NCBI RefSeq assembly: GCF_009914755.1
Contig: NC_060945.1
Strand: one strand, 5' to 3'
From: the human T2T-CHM13v2.0 reference genome, Homo sapiens
DNA length: 64,000 nucleotides
Shown here: one piece after another, positions 40,428 through 53,832 of the stretch
Layout of the letters: every line of letters begins with the position of its first letter
Numbering within the stretch: position 1 is the first letter of the stretch
Notes under the pieces: generated by a model
The model's input: the letters and a program-made list of their open reading frames with translations, nothing else
Database searches by the model: none
What the model was told of the DNA's origin: nothing
Program-made: the position numbers and the translations under genes

Positions 40428-43069
40428 TCAAGAGGCTCTTAAACACTAAATAATTTCAACTTATTTCTTGGTCCTGATCTTCCTTAATTTTTATTTTGTC
40501 CTATGATCTTTTATCAAACCACATGTATCAATATATGAATAAATAAATAAATAAATGCACATGTATGTTTATATATAACTTTGTTATTTTGCTACTCTTT
40601 TTTTTAAAACTTAAAGTCCTTTATATCCTCTGAAATTCTAAAGCTGAGAACTTTTGAAAAAAATCTTTAGAACTCCATACCAGTATCATTGTGTAAGGCA
40701 AGTACATAGTACAATAGAGACTAAGGACAACCTATATCTTGAAATAGCACCTTTGACTAAGTGTACAGAGATTTCAGAACCTTATGATAAAAGTCATTAG
40801 CATGATACAGATTCTTGATTACTTTTGTTTAAAAAAAGCTTTGAGATTGTCTTGCTTAGTGTTCTGGCCAGCTCTTTTGATTAGCTTGGAGTTAATCAGT
40901 TCTATCTTCATTCTTTTAGTAAAGTAAAATGTGTTTCAAAGTTCCTTTTTTATAAAGGGCATTGCTATCAATGCCAGTTCATTTTCTCCTGGGAAGCTAT
41001 TGCAATTTTGCTGTGCTAAATGTTTGCACTAAGCACTTAGTGAAGGCTGAGGTCACCTCTCTTGTTAAAGAAGAAAAATTGTAAACCTTTAACTCAAAGT
41101 TTTCCAGAGTGCAGTGTAAATTGTAATTAAATCCTGGAATTAAAATTTTTTATGACATAGCTGTAATTTTTATCTTTACCGTTATCTATTTTTGCTGTGT
41201 GGTTAGGTAAATATTAATTTGAAACAGTATATTATGACCCAGAAACATTCATTTTATTCCATTATGGCAAATGCCTCACAAAACATAGTGATACAGTAAA
41301 TCAGTTTTCCTTCAGTTGTCTTAAAACAACGCCATGTTTCACATAAGCACATCTTCTATGAAAGTGATAATGAAGTAATTATCAGTGTTTGGGTTTTCAC
41401 TAACTGATAGTTTTTTAATATGTGGGGTAGCTAATACTATTGCTGATAGTTCTTAATAGCAGCGATGCTATGATAAATGTTTGAAATACCCATTTAAACT
41501 TCTTATGAAATCTATAGTCTGCTTAGTGTTCTGCATGAATGAGTTGTAGTAACGTTTTACATTTGATCATATGACACTTGCTGATTTGATCGTAGAACGC
41601 TTGCCTCTTAGAGAATGCTTTAATTTCTAAAGTAAAAATAATTAACAACATTTGTATGTAGTAATGATTAAAGGAGGTACTATGAAATAACTTTGCTATG
41701 CAGAATATCATTGGCATTAAATTAGTTCTAGTTGCTTTTTCTTTAGTACCTATACACAATAAGAAATGTAAAGATTTAGACAGTTCTTTCTGGGCAAGAA
41801 AATAATTTTTATAAGGTATATTCTCTAGAATTAGAAAATAAAAATGTGAATTTTTTTTCTGAGAGTTGAATTTTTAAATTAATATATTTAGTTGGATTAA
41901 AAATATATATGTTTTAAAATAAAACAATTTCCAGGCAACTGTGCTGGGTCCTAATCTGAAACAAATGCATGAAACAGAAATGTATGGTAGAGTAGGGGAA
42001 CTATTCAACCAGAAAATTGTGGAAAAGAACAAGCATTGTTAACATTCATTTAAGAGGACCTTTCTAAAAGGATAATTCAATCTATTGACTTAAACAAATT
42101 GGCGTCACTAGCTGGCCATACCCTATGAAGGATACACATGCATTTATGTGACTTAGCCTCCACCACTAAATATGAAAACAGGCTAACTCAATTTGCTTAC
42201 ATACGTACACACCAAGCAACCTATTGCTCCTTTTAGGAAGCGGATGAGCTCGTCATATACGTGTGAGATTGGCTGTGCCAGTGAACTTTACTTCTCACAG
42301 TAAAAATATTTTTTAAAAAAGCATTCTGATATCATAGAGTTTTGATTTTGTCCGTTAGAAAAGACTGTGACACTTTGGTGCTGCTAAAATGTTAGGACTG
42401 GTGGCAAGAACACAGACTGTGGTAAATTTGTTAAAACAACGACAATGCCACTGTGAGGCTTCTTGAGAATCATGCCACAGATACGAACAAAGGCAATCAT
42501 TAGGTACCTATGTACACATGGTTCGTGACAAAAATACACCTAACTCTAACATGCACACAATTGTGAAAACACAGAAAAATCTCCTAAGGACAAAAAGAAA
42601 AAAAAGCAATATTAACAAAGTGGTAAGCAAACATTGTTACCTCACTAGTCCTAATATGATTTGCAGATCTCTGCAATCTATTAGCTCTTAGTGGCTTGGT
42701 TTTAGGTTGACAAGGCCTAAACTTCACACAAGCTTGTGCACTGAAAATCAGACACTTCCATAAAACTTGTGATCTTGAAATCTATCTCCTCAGTCAGGGA
42801 TCAAAATAGAAAATAAAGTGGCTCATTCAGCAAAGGGGGATGATAGAGACAATACTCACAAAATGTCTCACAGAAACAATTCTTAAAGGATGTCTTTTAG
42901 TGAAAAAGATTACTAAAAGGAGGGCACAAAATTGAACAATAAACATTTCTGAGAAGAGAAATTGAAAACCATGTGAAGAAATCCAGAGGTTGACTATTTC
43001 AAATATTAATACTGCATTACTATTTACTTAGAGACAGTAAAAATAAAATGGAAATTAAAAAAAATTTAA

Positions 43070-43427
<358 letters not shown>

Positions 43428-43699
43428 TGTAAGGTTTTTTGTTTGTTTTTTCTTCCTTTTATCATATAAGAAATGGACAAAGATATGTTTTAATTTTAGA
43501 TTTTGTAAGACTAGGCATTCAGTTTGGTATTTTGGGTTACCACTAAAAAATGAGAAGTGGAGTATATTCTTTCCAAACCAAGGAATGAGAAAAAATCATT
43601 TTGAAAACAAACCAACCCAAATAAGGCAAAACAAAACAAAAAAAAACCCTCAATCAAAAAGAACGAAGGAGAGGAGGAAATAAGAACGGAACATAAGCG

Positions 43700-44100
43700 A
43701 TTTTCTTAGGTCCAGTTGCACAGAAGCTGATCTTATGATGAATATTCCTGTGTAAGTGATATTCTAAATATCAAAGGAACTCTGTTTAAGTAAGTGGGGG
43801 AAGCAAGACAGAAAAAGGAAGGAAACCAAGCAAAGATCTGATTTCAAGCAAAGCCTTATTAAAGGTATCTTCAATGTAATCTTTCACGAGAGCTCTGGGG
43901 TTGTAAGTTACACTTCAGTAATTCCCAGGTGCTCCGAGCTCTGTAACAGCAGGCAGAGTGTGCTCCAATGGCCTGAGCATAGTCCTCCAAACAGTCCTTC
44001 AAACAAGCTGCAGATGCAGGCTATTGCTAAATCCAAGGGAAAACACAAGAGCTAAAAAGGATCTAAGGGAACCTACACAAGGTTCAACATCATCTGCAGA
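43700..44100 (-). mobile_element. ERVL LTR relic (LTR16/LTR33-like)
   Basis: TCTTAGGTCCAGTTGCACAGAAGCTGATC...TGTGTAAGTGATATT...GGGGGAAGCAAGACAGAAAAAGGAAGGAAACCAAGCAAAG. Confidence 0.5.
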
Positions 44101-44149
44101 GACATACAAGGAAAGTGCAACATAACATGGTTTAAATATTTCAAGTATA

Positions 44150-44530
44150 GTGAAAATCATAAATATCCAATTGTCTTAATTATCCAGTGAAAAGCAGATA
44201 TTGCAAAATTGAGTTGAAACAAAAATCTATGTTGGGTTTAATATAAATGTATATTCTATTTATAAGAGATTCACATAAAATACAAGGATACAGAAAGATT
44301 GAAAGTAAAAATTTTAAAAAATTAAAATCAGGAAAATACTAAGAAGTTAATACAGCTGTTAATATCGGGCGAAATTTACTGAAACCAGGAGTATTATTGA
44401 GGATAAATACGGTCCTCAGATAATAATTCAGTTAACTAAAGGATAAACAAAAATTATTCATTCTTGTTAAAAATGTGCTCAAAAATATATGCAACAAGTG
44501 ACAGGACCGGATAAAAAGTTTACAAATTCA
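44150..44530 (+). mobile_element. Old L1 ORF2 5' (EN) fragment
   Basis: TATAAGAGATTCACATAAAATACAAGGATACAGAAAGATTGAAAGTAAAA. Confidence 0.65.
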
Positions 44531-44554
44531 CCTCAATAGAAGATTTCTTTTATA

Positions 44555-46945
44555 TAAATTTTTAATAATGTAAAATATCCGTATTTTAAAAGTATACAAA
44601 TTTCAAGTTTACAATGTAATGAATTGGCACTAAATGAACACTGCCATGTAGAGCAAGTAGATGATTTCATGCAAAGCTCTAGGTAAAAAAATAGAACATT
44701 AAAAATATCCAGGAGGCACTCTCCTTTATTTCCCAGAAATATCCACCCCCCCAACAATCATTTAATTGTTATACTGACATAGCACCATTGGTTCACATCA
44801 CTTGTATTATATTTTTTGAATAAAAACATATGCTGCATACCATTATTTTGTTTGGCTTATTTTTTTCAGTAATCTGTGGGATTAATCCATGTTGTAGAGT
44901 GCAGAAGTTTCATTGTTCTCAGTGTTGTACAGTATTCTGTTATATAAATAGAACATTTATCCATGCTCCTATTAACAAATATATGTATATTTCCAGCGTT
45001 TTTCTATTACTCTATTATAAATACAGTTGTTATAATCACTTCTGTACATAATTGTAAAGCTGATATACAGGCATGCACTGCTAGTTTTTAGGATGTGTGT
45101 ACATTTACCTTTAGTTGGTATCATTAAGCAGTTTTGGAAATTAAAATTTCCACCAGCATTGTATGAGAATTCCGTTTGCTCCATACCCTTACCAACACTT
45201 AGCATTGTAAGCCACTTTATATTTAATCATTCTAGTTGGCATGTAGTTATATAGCATTGAGGTTTTATTTTGCATTCCCCTACCTGTTAAAGAGGTAAGC
45301 ACTTCTCATGTGTTTATTGTTAATTTAGATATCTGTTTTTCGGGGAAGGAAATGCCATTCAAAGATTTTGCACATTTCCTAATTCTCTATTTTCCTTGTT
45401 GAATTTGAGAGTCATTACACATTATGGATACTGGAGATTGATGGTATATGTTAAAGCTAACTTTTACCACTTCGTTCATAGCATTTTTCATCCCCTTAAA
45501 AAGTGTTTGATATACATACACTCTTAATTTTAATAATTCAATTTATTAATTTGTTTTGCTCATAATTTTTTACTTCTCATAGTTTAAGAAGATACTCTAA
45601 GCTTTCTGCTGGAGAATGTACAATTTTAAAGTTAATATTTTGATGAATATTTAATTAAATTATTCAATTAATTAATTTTTTAAGACACAGGGTCTTGCTG
45701 TGTCACGCAGGCTGGAGTTCAGAGGTGTGATCCTAGCTCACTGCAGCCTCAAACTCCTGGCCTTACGTGATCCTCCCACCCCAGCCTCCTAAGTGGCCTG
45801 GATTACAGATGCACACCACCATGTCCAACTAATTTTTTTCCATATTACTTTAGAAACAGGATCTTGCTATGTTGCCCATGACGGTCTCAAACTCATAGCC
45901 TCAAGAGATCCTCCTGCCTCAGCCTCTCAAGGTGTTGGGATTACAGGTGTGAATCACTGTGCCTGGCCACAATAAGTATGTTATACTCATTCCACTCAGA
46001 ACTGATTTCTTTTGGTAGGAAGAGTGAATATTGTTTTCTTAGTTGAGAAATTCACCTGACTCTTTCCCCACTGATCTGTAATGCCAACTTTGTTATGACT
46101 CGTGTCCATGCATATGTGTTTCTATTTCTAAACTGTATTCTGTTTTAGTTATTAGTTTACCCTTGCATGAGTAGCACATTTTTATTACAACTATAGCTAT
46201 TTACTATTAATATCTGGTATTATAAATCTTCTAATTGTTTCTACTTCAAAAACTGGCTCATCTCGGTTGTTATTTCCCTTTGCATTTCCACTTACAATTT
46301 TCTATCAGCTTGTCCATTTCCTCCAAAATAACCACTAAGCTTTTGATTGGTTTATAATAAGGGTCTACATGTCTATTCGAAAAAAATATATTTTTAAAAA
46401 GTTGAGTTTCTTCAATTTATGAACATCTTATGTTCCCCTATTATTTACACTTCCTTTAATTTCTTTATTTTTTTATATCTTCATAGTGGAAGTACTGCAC
46501 AGTTTTCATTAGATTTATGGGTATTGATTTTTATGCTATTTCAAATGGCATTGTTTTGACATTGTAAGTTTTTATTGGTATATAGAATATCATTTATTTT
46601 TTAAAATTTGATTTTTATCTCAGGGAACTCCTTTAATTCACCTGTTTTTAATTGGGTATATGTCATGTTTAGTTGTGTGTGTGTTTTTTTTTTGTTTCTA
46701 CATATTCACAATCATTTTGCGTTAAATTATAATAGGTTTAGTACTCCTTTTGTGTTCCTTGTATTGTTATTTTATTTTCTTATTTTATACTTCTTAGTAA
46801 AACCTAGAATAAAATATTGAATAAAGGTAGAAATTACAAGTATTTCATTTCATTTCTGTCATTTAGAGTAATATTTTTAATAATTCATAATCAAGAATGA
46901 TGTTTTTGCCAGATGTTATGTAACTACTTTACATGAAACTTAGAA
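44555..46945 (-). mobile_element. L1ME-type 3' region, antisense, interrupted by an AluJ
   Basis: CCACCAGCATTGTATGAGAATTCCGTTTGCTCCATACCCTTACCAACACTT and TTTTATTTGCATTCCCC...AGCACTTCTCATGTGTTTATTG. Confidence 0.8.
45676..45968 (-). mobile_element. AluJ (Jo/Jr), antisense
   Basis: CAGGGTCTTGCT...CTAGCTCACTGCAGCCTCAAACTCCTGG...GATCCTCCCACC...TGCTATGTTGCCC. Confidence 0.92.
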
Positions 46946-46949
46946 AATT

Positions 46950-47645
46950 TCTCACAGCCAAAGCAGTTCTATGAGGGATGTTTACAGCATTGAATGCCTA
47001 CATCAAAAAATAATAAAATCTGAAATAAATAGCCTAACATTACACCTTAAGGATTAGTAAAACAAGGACAAACTAAATATAAAGTTAGCAAGAGAGAGAA
47101 AATAACAAAGATCAGAACACAAATAAATAAAATAGAGACCAGAAAAATAATAGAAAAGATAAACTAAGAATTGCTTTTTTGAAAAGTTGAACAAAATTGG
47201 CAAACCTTTAGCTAGACTAAAAAAGAAGACTCAAATAAATAAGTAAAATGAAAAACAAAACATGAGACATGATTATTAGTAATATATAAGACGCTACAGA
47301 AAAAGAGAAAAGTACAGGTCAATATTATTGATGAACATAGATGCAAAAATACTTCACAAAATACCAGCAAACCATATTCAACATTACATTTCAAGTATCA
47401 TTCACCATGGTCAAGTGGAATTTAGCCCTGGGATCAAAGATAGTTCAAAATAAGCAGACCCATTAACCACCACATTAACAGGATAAAGGACAAAACCCAT
47501 ATGATCATTGCAACAGACAGAGAAAAAATGTTTGACAAAATGTAGTATTTTTTCATCATAAAACCTCTCAACAAAATAGCCTTAGAAGGAATGGTCCTAA
47601 ACACAATAAATACCATATGACAAGCCCACAGCTAACATCATACTT
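46950..47645 (+). mobile_element. L1 ORF2 fragment (L1MA/PB-like) with an internal deletion near 47305
   Basis: CAGCCAAAGCAGTTCTA...AATGCCTACATCAAAAAA...CAAACCTTTAGCTAGACTAA, then GATGAACATAGATGCAAAAAT...CATATGACAAGCCCACAGCTAACATCATACT. Confidence 0.88.
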
Positions 47646-47655
47646 AAGTATATAT

Positions 47656-47815
47656 ATTAAGTATACATATAATTAATAATTAACTAATTGCTTGATTCTT
47701 TGTGAAATTGAACTTAGACCTTGTCCAAGCATATTATATATTCTTAATAATTAAGTATATAGATACGTGATAACTACTTAATTGCTTCTTTGTGAAATTG
47801 AACTTGGACCTTGTC
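47656..47815. repeat. ~90-bp-period tandem duplication at the L1/MIR junction
   Basis: TTCTTTGTGAAATTGAACTT(A/G)GACCTTGTC at about 47696 and 47786, each preceded by ATTAAGTATA...TAATTGCTT. Confidence 0.85.
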
Positions 47816-47982
47816 ATTGACTAGTTCTGTGATATTAGGTATTCCCTCATCTGCCAGTTTTCTCATTTGTAAAATAAAGATCACAACTATAGTCATATCA
47901 TATGCCTGGAGTTAATATTAAATGACATATCTATCTATCTATCATCTATCTACCTATCTATCTATAGCATTTAGTACACAGC
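47800..47982 (+). mobile_element. MIR with an internal (TATC)n tract
   Basis: CTAGTTCTGTGATATTAGG...CAGTTTTCTCATTTGTAAAAT...ATTAAATGA...AGCATTTAGTACACAG. Confidence 0.7.
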
Positions 47983-48810
47983 TTTTGTTTCCTGTACTTG
48001 GTAGCACATTTTCCTGTGGTTTTCTGTATGCCAAACAGGCAGAGAGGGGAATAAATTACTCTAACCAACATCTTCGGTTAAAGCATGCTCATTGTTCATT
48101 GTCTTATGAACCATGTAGTCAAATTGTCATCACAGCGTATCTGAACTAGAGGCCAGATATCTCAATAAAAAACAACTTTCTTCTAAGAGGTGAGCTTATA
48201 AACTATGACACTACTTTCTAGACTTTGTTTACCAGAGTTGTAAATCAAGGAAAGAGATTTAAAAACCACTGTGAGATTGTGGGCAAGGGGTAAGCGAGTG
48301 GATATTGTGATGGTCCAATGCATTTCTCTGACTGCTGGTATCTTGATAATTATTGGTCTGAAGAATCTGTAGGCAGTCAATAAGGATCAATCAACCATTA
48401 CAATAAAAGAAAAAATAATTTAAACAGAGCTTTATGTAGAGCCACTTTAGTACCTTGGTCAGTTTCATAAAACCAGGCAATGAACAGAATACAAGTATTG
48501 CTAATCAAGGATAGTATTTCTGTATTCACATCAAACAATTTATTTTAAAGAATGTTGTTTACTTGTTGAAGTCAATTAAAAATTTATATATCCAATTAAA
48601 CTAAATATATAATTATCATCTCTCACAAACCAATGTAGAATTTCTCTTAATTCTATGACTGCTATTTTAGTCATGAAGCTACAGAGTCATTATGCAAGGC
48701 TGTGCATAAAGATCAATGGAGCATTGCTATTTCAGTTTTGTGAAGACAATTGTGTTTAATGGAAAGACAAATTTACAGAAAGTTATTCAGTGATTCCCTA
48801 CAGATTTTTA

Positions 48811-49153
48811 GTTTTAAATTTATTTTTATTTTTATTTTTTGAGATGGAGTCTCACTCTGTCACCCAGGCTGGAGTGCAGTAGCGTGATCTCGGCTCACTT
48901 TGACCTATGTCTCTCAGGTTCAAGCGATTCTCCTGCCTAAGCCTCCTGAGTAGCTGGGATTACAGGCATGTGCCACCACTCTAGTTTTTTCTAATAGTTG
49001 GCACAATTTTTGCACAGCTAATTTTTGTATTTTAGTAGAGAAGGAGTTTCACCATTTTGGACAGGCTGGTTTTGAACTCCTGACCTCAGGTGATCTGCCC
49101 ACCTCGGCCTCCCAAAGTGCTGGGATTACAGGCGTGAGCCACCGCACCCAACC
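48811..49153 (-). mobile_element. AluSx-type, antisense, carrying a 32-bp non-Alu insertion
   Basis: TGACCTCAGGTGATC diagnostic. TSD CAGATTTTTA (48801-48810, 49154-49163). Confidence 0.94.
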
Positions 49154-49879
49154 CAGATTTTTAAATATCTTTTCCTTTTTTTCCTCTTCTGTGTCTAAGC
49201 ACAAAGAAAACATGGAAAGTTTGAGACAGAGTAACTTGATTAGATTGGTTTTGGAAAACAATTCTATGTGACTTATTTTCCACTAAGCGTCAAAAATTCA
49301 AAAAGAAAAGGCAAGCGTTTAAACATCTCCACACTGTGAATTATATATATTAAACAAACAACTCTGGGAAATACCTCCCAAAGTAAGCAACTCTAAGAGA
49401 ACAAGAAAAAAGTAGGCAGTTTACAGTCAATTGTTTTATATTTTTATTAAAATGTCTTCTGTCTTTTGGCTAAACCCAGGTAAGGAAATCCAAACAGAAA
49501 AAAATAAAAATATGACAAAAATTCAAGGCATTCAGTGTGAAAAAAAAATTCTGAAGAAGTAAATTCTTATAATTAAGATATACATTTGTAAGTTCTAAAT
49601 GCGCTGCCAGAAATATGGTTTTGTGGTATTTTTTTTGAAATTATTAATCTCTTGTTAATTTGACATTATCATTATCCATGTCTTCCTATAAAATGATCTA
49701 TATGTACTCTAAATGTTTCTTCACTTAAAAACGTATATTTTTATATTTTTAGTTGAATTTGAAGTATTACAATATTTAGTCATCTCTAAATCACATTCAG
49801 TGTCACTGCCAGTTCTTATTTAGCACTTACGGAACCCGACTTTGATGTGGTGAGTGTGTGAGTGAGTGTGTGCATGCAT

Positions 49880-49974
49880 TGTTATTAACATAAAACATAA
49901 GACATGTTATTAACATAAAACATAAAACATGTTATTAACATAAAACATAAGTTTTATTAACATAAAACACAAGT
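49880..49974. repeat. 25-bp minisatellite, ~4 copies
   Basis: Unit TGTTATTAACATAAAACATAA(G/A)ACA. Confidence 0.92.
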
Positions 49975-52900
49975 TAATTGAAACAGATTTAATTTGCATA
50001 TGCTTAAATCATAATGAAAATATGACTCTAACTTTCTCGGATTTCTGTTATGTACTTCTATTTAGAATTTACAGTTTTGTACCCAAATTTGCAAAGAATT
50101 ACCTTATCAACTTGAAAAATAACAAATTTAATTTTGCATATAAATTTTGCATTTATCCACTTGTAAATTTCATTTTCATTAGTTTTTTGCTACTTCAAAC
50201 TGTTCTAAAAAGAAGAAACTATTAAATATGTAGTCCATATTGGTAGATTTAGATAAAACTAACAAGATATCAGAGAGGTACAAACGTTATCTAGTAAAAC
50301 TAGTAGTTCACATGCTTTGCATTTTGTTCTTGCTGTCTCCTTTAAGTGAACTTCTGCTAAATCATAATCTTACAAAGTCCAACACATTTTTCTCCCATGG
50401 CAAAACTGAGGAACAAATAAACACATTGATTTTTCCAACATTGTAGATCAATCATTTCTCAGCAATGTTTTTTTCATTTATTCCAAAATCATAAAGAATT
50501 CTGTTGTAAAAAAACATCCACTGTTTTTGTTAGTGGTTCCTTCATGAAATTGAAGGTAAGGACAGTTGGCATCAAAATGTAATGAATACATGCCTTGAAG
50601 CTAGGATGAATCTTCATAAGTTTGTCTCCTCGGAAACTTAAATTTACTCATGTATTGGAATGATACAGTAATACATGTCTTTGTATGATTAAATTGCATA
50701 AGGCTGTAAAAGATATATTATCCACTCTCCTTTGAAACTGGTCATTCACAATTTATAACTGTATTCTATAATTTAGTGAATATATTTATGTTATGATTGA
50801 AGCCATGTACTTACTGAAATTGGGTACAAGAACCAGATTTTAGTTTTATTTAATCCAACCAATTATTGGCCCTGTCCTTATGGTTTCCTTTTTTATCCAT
50901 AATTGTTTTCCTCCAGTCAGCCTTATCTAAGGTACTAATTTTTATTTGTGACATTGAAGTTGTAGTTTTGGATATAGAAATATATTTTTTTATTAAAGCT
51001 GTGTTTTTCTTAGAATTTGCCCATTTTTGCTGAGTGACTTTTAAGAAAATATTTTACCTTTTATGGTCTCAAAAGAAAATTTTATTTAATCCTAATGCCT
51101 TAAATGTAAAAATTAAAACAGATACATAAAGTGTGAAATAACTCAAATTTTAGTGCTTCAAATAGATTAAAGCCTATTTACTATAACTCATATGGTCACG
51201 CCATATGCCCATGGGGTATAGATATAAATTTCTACCACAGGGAAAGGCAGTAACAATTTTGAACAATTATACAATCTAAATAGAAAAAATAGAATAATAG
51301 AAAAATATTTAATTATGTAGATTGAACTTAAGGAGTACTGGTGAATTGAAGGGGTATCACGAGAGGTGTATAATATTTATAGAGGAAATGGGAGTGATGG
51401 GACTAGTAAAAGAGACAATATAGGTGAGAAAATGAGAATAATTAGGGATTGATTTTTTTCTCATTATTACTGCACTTTAAAGAGAACAATTTTGCATTGG
51501 TAATTTTAAGTAACAATACTTTTTAAAAAGATAACTGAATAATGGAATACATTAGTATGCCTTGGTTGTAAGTCAAACTATTTTTTTCTAATATTTGGCA
51601 CAATTTTTGATGTTCTTGGTTGCAAAAGAAGAGAAATTTTCTGAAAATTAGTGAAACTTTTTATTAAGGTTGAAATTTATTTCTTAGCCATATATTTTTA
51701 CATTTTTCATAAATAAGCAGAAGACCTTTATAGAATTTAAAGGTTTTTGGATATTCTGGATAGTCACATTTCTTTGAGGACAATTTTATATGTATGTCTC
51801 AAAGTTTGAACATTAGGAAATCACTTTTCACAATCTTCCTTCCCTGTGGAGTTTATCTGAATGCACAGCCATTTTTAAAGTTTGTCCTCTGATCAGTTCA
51901 GCTGGATACTTACGAAGATAAGAGTGTAGCACAAGTTAAAGTCAAAATTCTAGAATTCACAGTATGCTTCAATGGACTCTTTTTTTTTTTTTTATTGATT
52001 CCGAAACTCTTAAACTACTCATTGGATCTCATTCTGTTAACTACATTTTACTATTTTGGTTTCCATAATAAACCAAACGTGAAGTCTTTGAAATTACTTG
52101 AATAAAAACTTTATATATCAAATAGTCCAAATGGGCAGAAGTTGGTATGTATCTGAAACTACTTAACTGTGTATAAAAATAAGAAAAATTGAAATCGGCA
52201 AACAATGCTATAAAGGACATTTTTGTAAAGTTAGCTATTAAGACGTGTTTGTCAATCCCAGACCAATGATAGAAAGTACAATTTTATACTTAAATATATA
52301 TTAATTGTCTCTATTTGTGACAATTAAATAGAGACAATTTGATTGAGACAATTAATTATCTCTATCAAAGTGTATTCTAAAGGTTTGGTTTTTTTAAAAA
52401 GCAAGCTCAAGCATTTTGTCCAAAAGAATTGTATATCTAATGGATAAGCACATACATAATCTATTGGTGGGATAATCAGTGTCATTGAATACATTCATAT
52501 TTGAGTTTGATACTATAAATATTACCCCCCAATAGGTAGTACACTTATCAGAAATGCATAAGAGTACATTTTGTTTCCCCTTGCACTATGCATTATCAAC
52601 TTTTATTTTTTGGCACATATGATAGTGACACATTTATTTTACTCAGATTCCTTGAGAAGCAATTGTTCCAAAGCACATTCATGTTGATGTTAGTCCCTGT
52701 AGGTTGGCTGAGTGGATCTAATCTAGAAAACATTCACATCATTTCTATGTATTTTTTTCCTCTGTTGAGCAAAGGAGACAGAAACTGAGTAGATTGGCCT
52801 GCACTGTAAACTCAGGCTTGTTTTAAAGAGCTGTCCCAAGGATGACATTGAGGAGAGAGAAGCTTGCAAGTCACTTTGTATTTTTCTTTAATCTACAACC

Positions 52901-53182
52901 CACAACTTTAACAGCAATAAAGTTAATATTTTAGAAATTAATAATTATTCTAGTTTATTCATCAAAATTTCAGAAACTGTAAGAAGACTAGGAGTTCTCT
53001 TTATCTAAAGTAGTCTTAAAACGCCTAATACCTACTAATTGTAATTTAAATTCAGTGATTCTTAAATTACTAATGGAGCTGGAGACATAATTATACATTA
53101 AATTGTCTCAGCCTTTCTTTTTTTGTGTGAAAAAAAGCCCTTATATTTTTCTATAGTTTGTTTAGATTGACATTTATTTCTC

Positions 53183-53832
53183 TTTTTTCTTTTTTTTTTT
53201 TAATTTTTCTTTTAAGTTTAGCAGTACATTCGTTTGTTTGGTTTGTTACATAGGTAAACTTCTGTCAGGGGTTCACAGTACAGATTATTTTGCGTCCCAG
53301 GTATTAAACCTAGTACCCATTTGTTATTTTTCCTGATCCTCTCCCTCCTTCCACCCTCCACCCTCTGGGAGGCCTCAGTGTGTGTTGTTCCCCTCTATGT
53401 GTCCATGTGTTCTCATCACTTAGCTCTCACTTATAAGTGAAAACATCCAGTATTTGGTTTTCTGTTCCTGTGGTAGTTTGCTGAGGAGAATGGCCTCCAG
53501 CTCCATCCATATGCCTGCCAAGGATTTCTTTCTTTTTTATGTCTGCATAGCATTCTACGTTCTATATGTACCATATTTTCTTTATCCAGTCTAGCACTGA
53601 TGGGAATTTATGTTGGTTCCATGTCTTTGTTATTGTGAATAATGATGCAATGAACATTTGCATGCATATGTCTTTATAATAGAATGATTTATGTTACTTT
53701 GGGTATATACCTAGCAATGGGTTTGCTGAGTTGAATGATATTTCTGTCTTTAAGTCTCTGAGGAATGATTACACTGTCTTCCACAATGGTTGAATGAATT
53801 TACATTCCTACCAACAGTGTGTAAGTATTCTT
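53183..53832 (-). mobile_element. L1PA (old, ~L1PA13-like) 3' end, antisense
   Basis: Poly-T, GTTTGTTACATAGGTAAAC, CCTGATCCTCTCCCTCCTTCCACCCTCCACCC, GCTCTCACTTATAAGTGA and TTCCACAATGGTTGAA. Confidence 0.92.

Noticed and set aside
49880-49974. Short direct repeats considered as a CRISPR-like array
   Set aside because: The repeats are contiguous with no unique spacers, the context is eukaryotic, and there are no cas genes.
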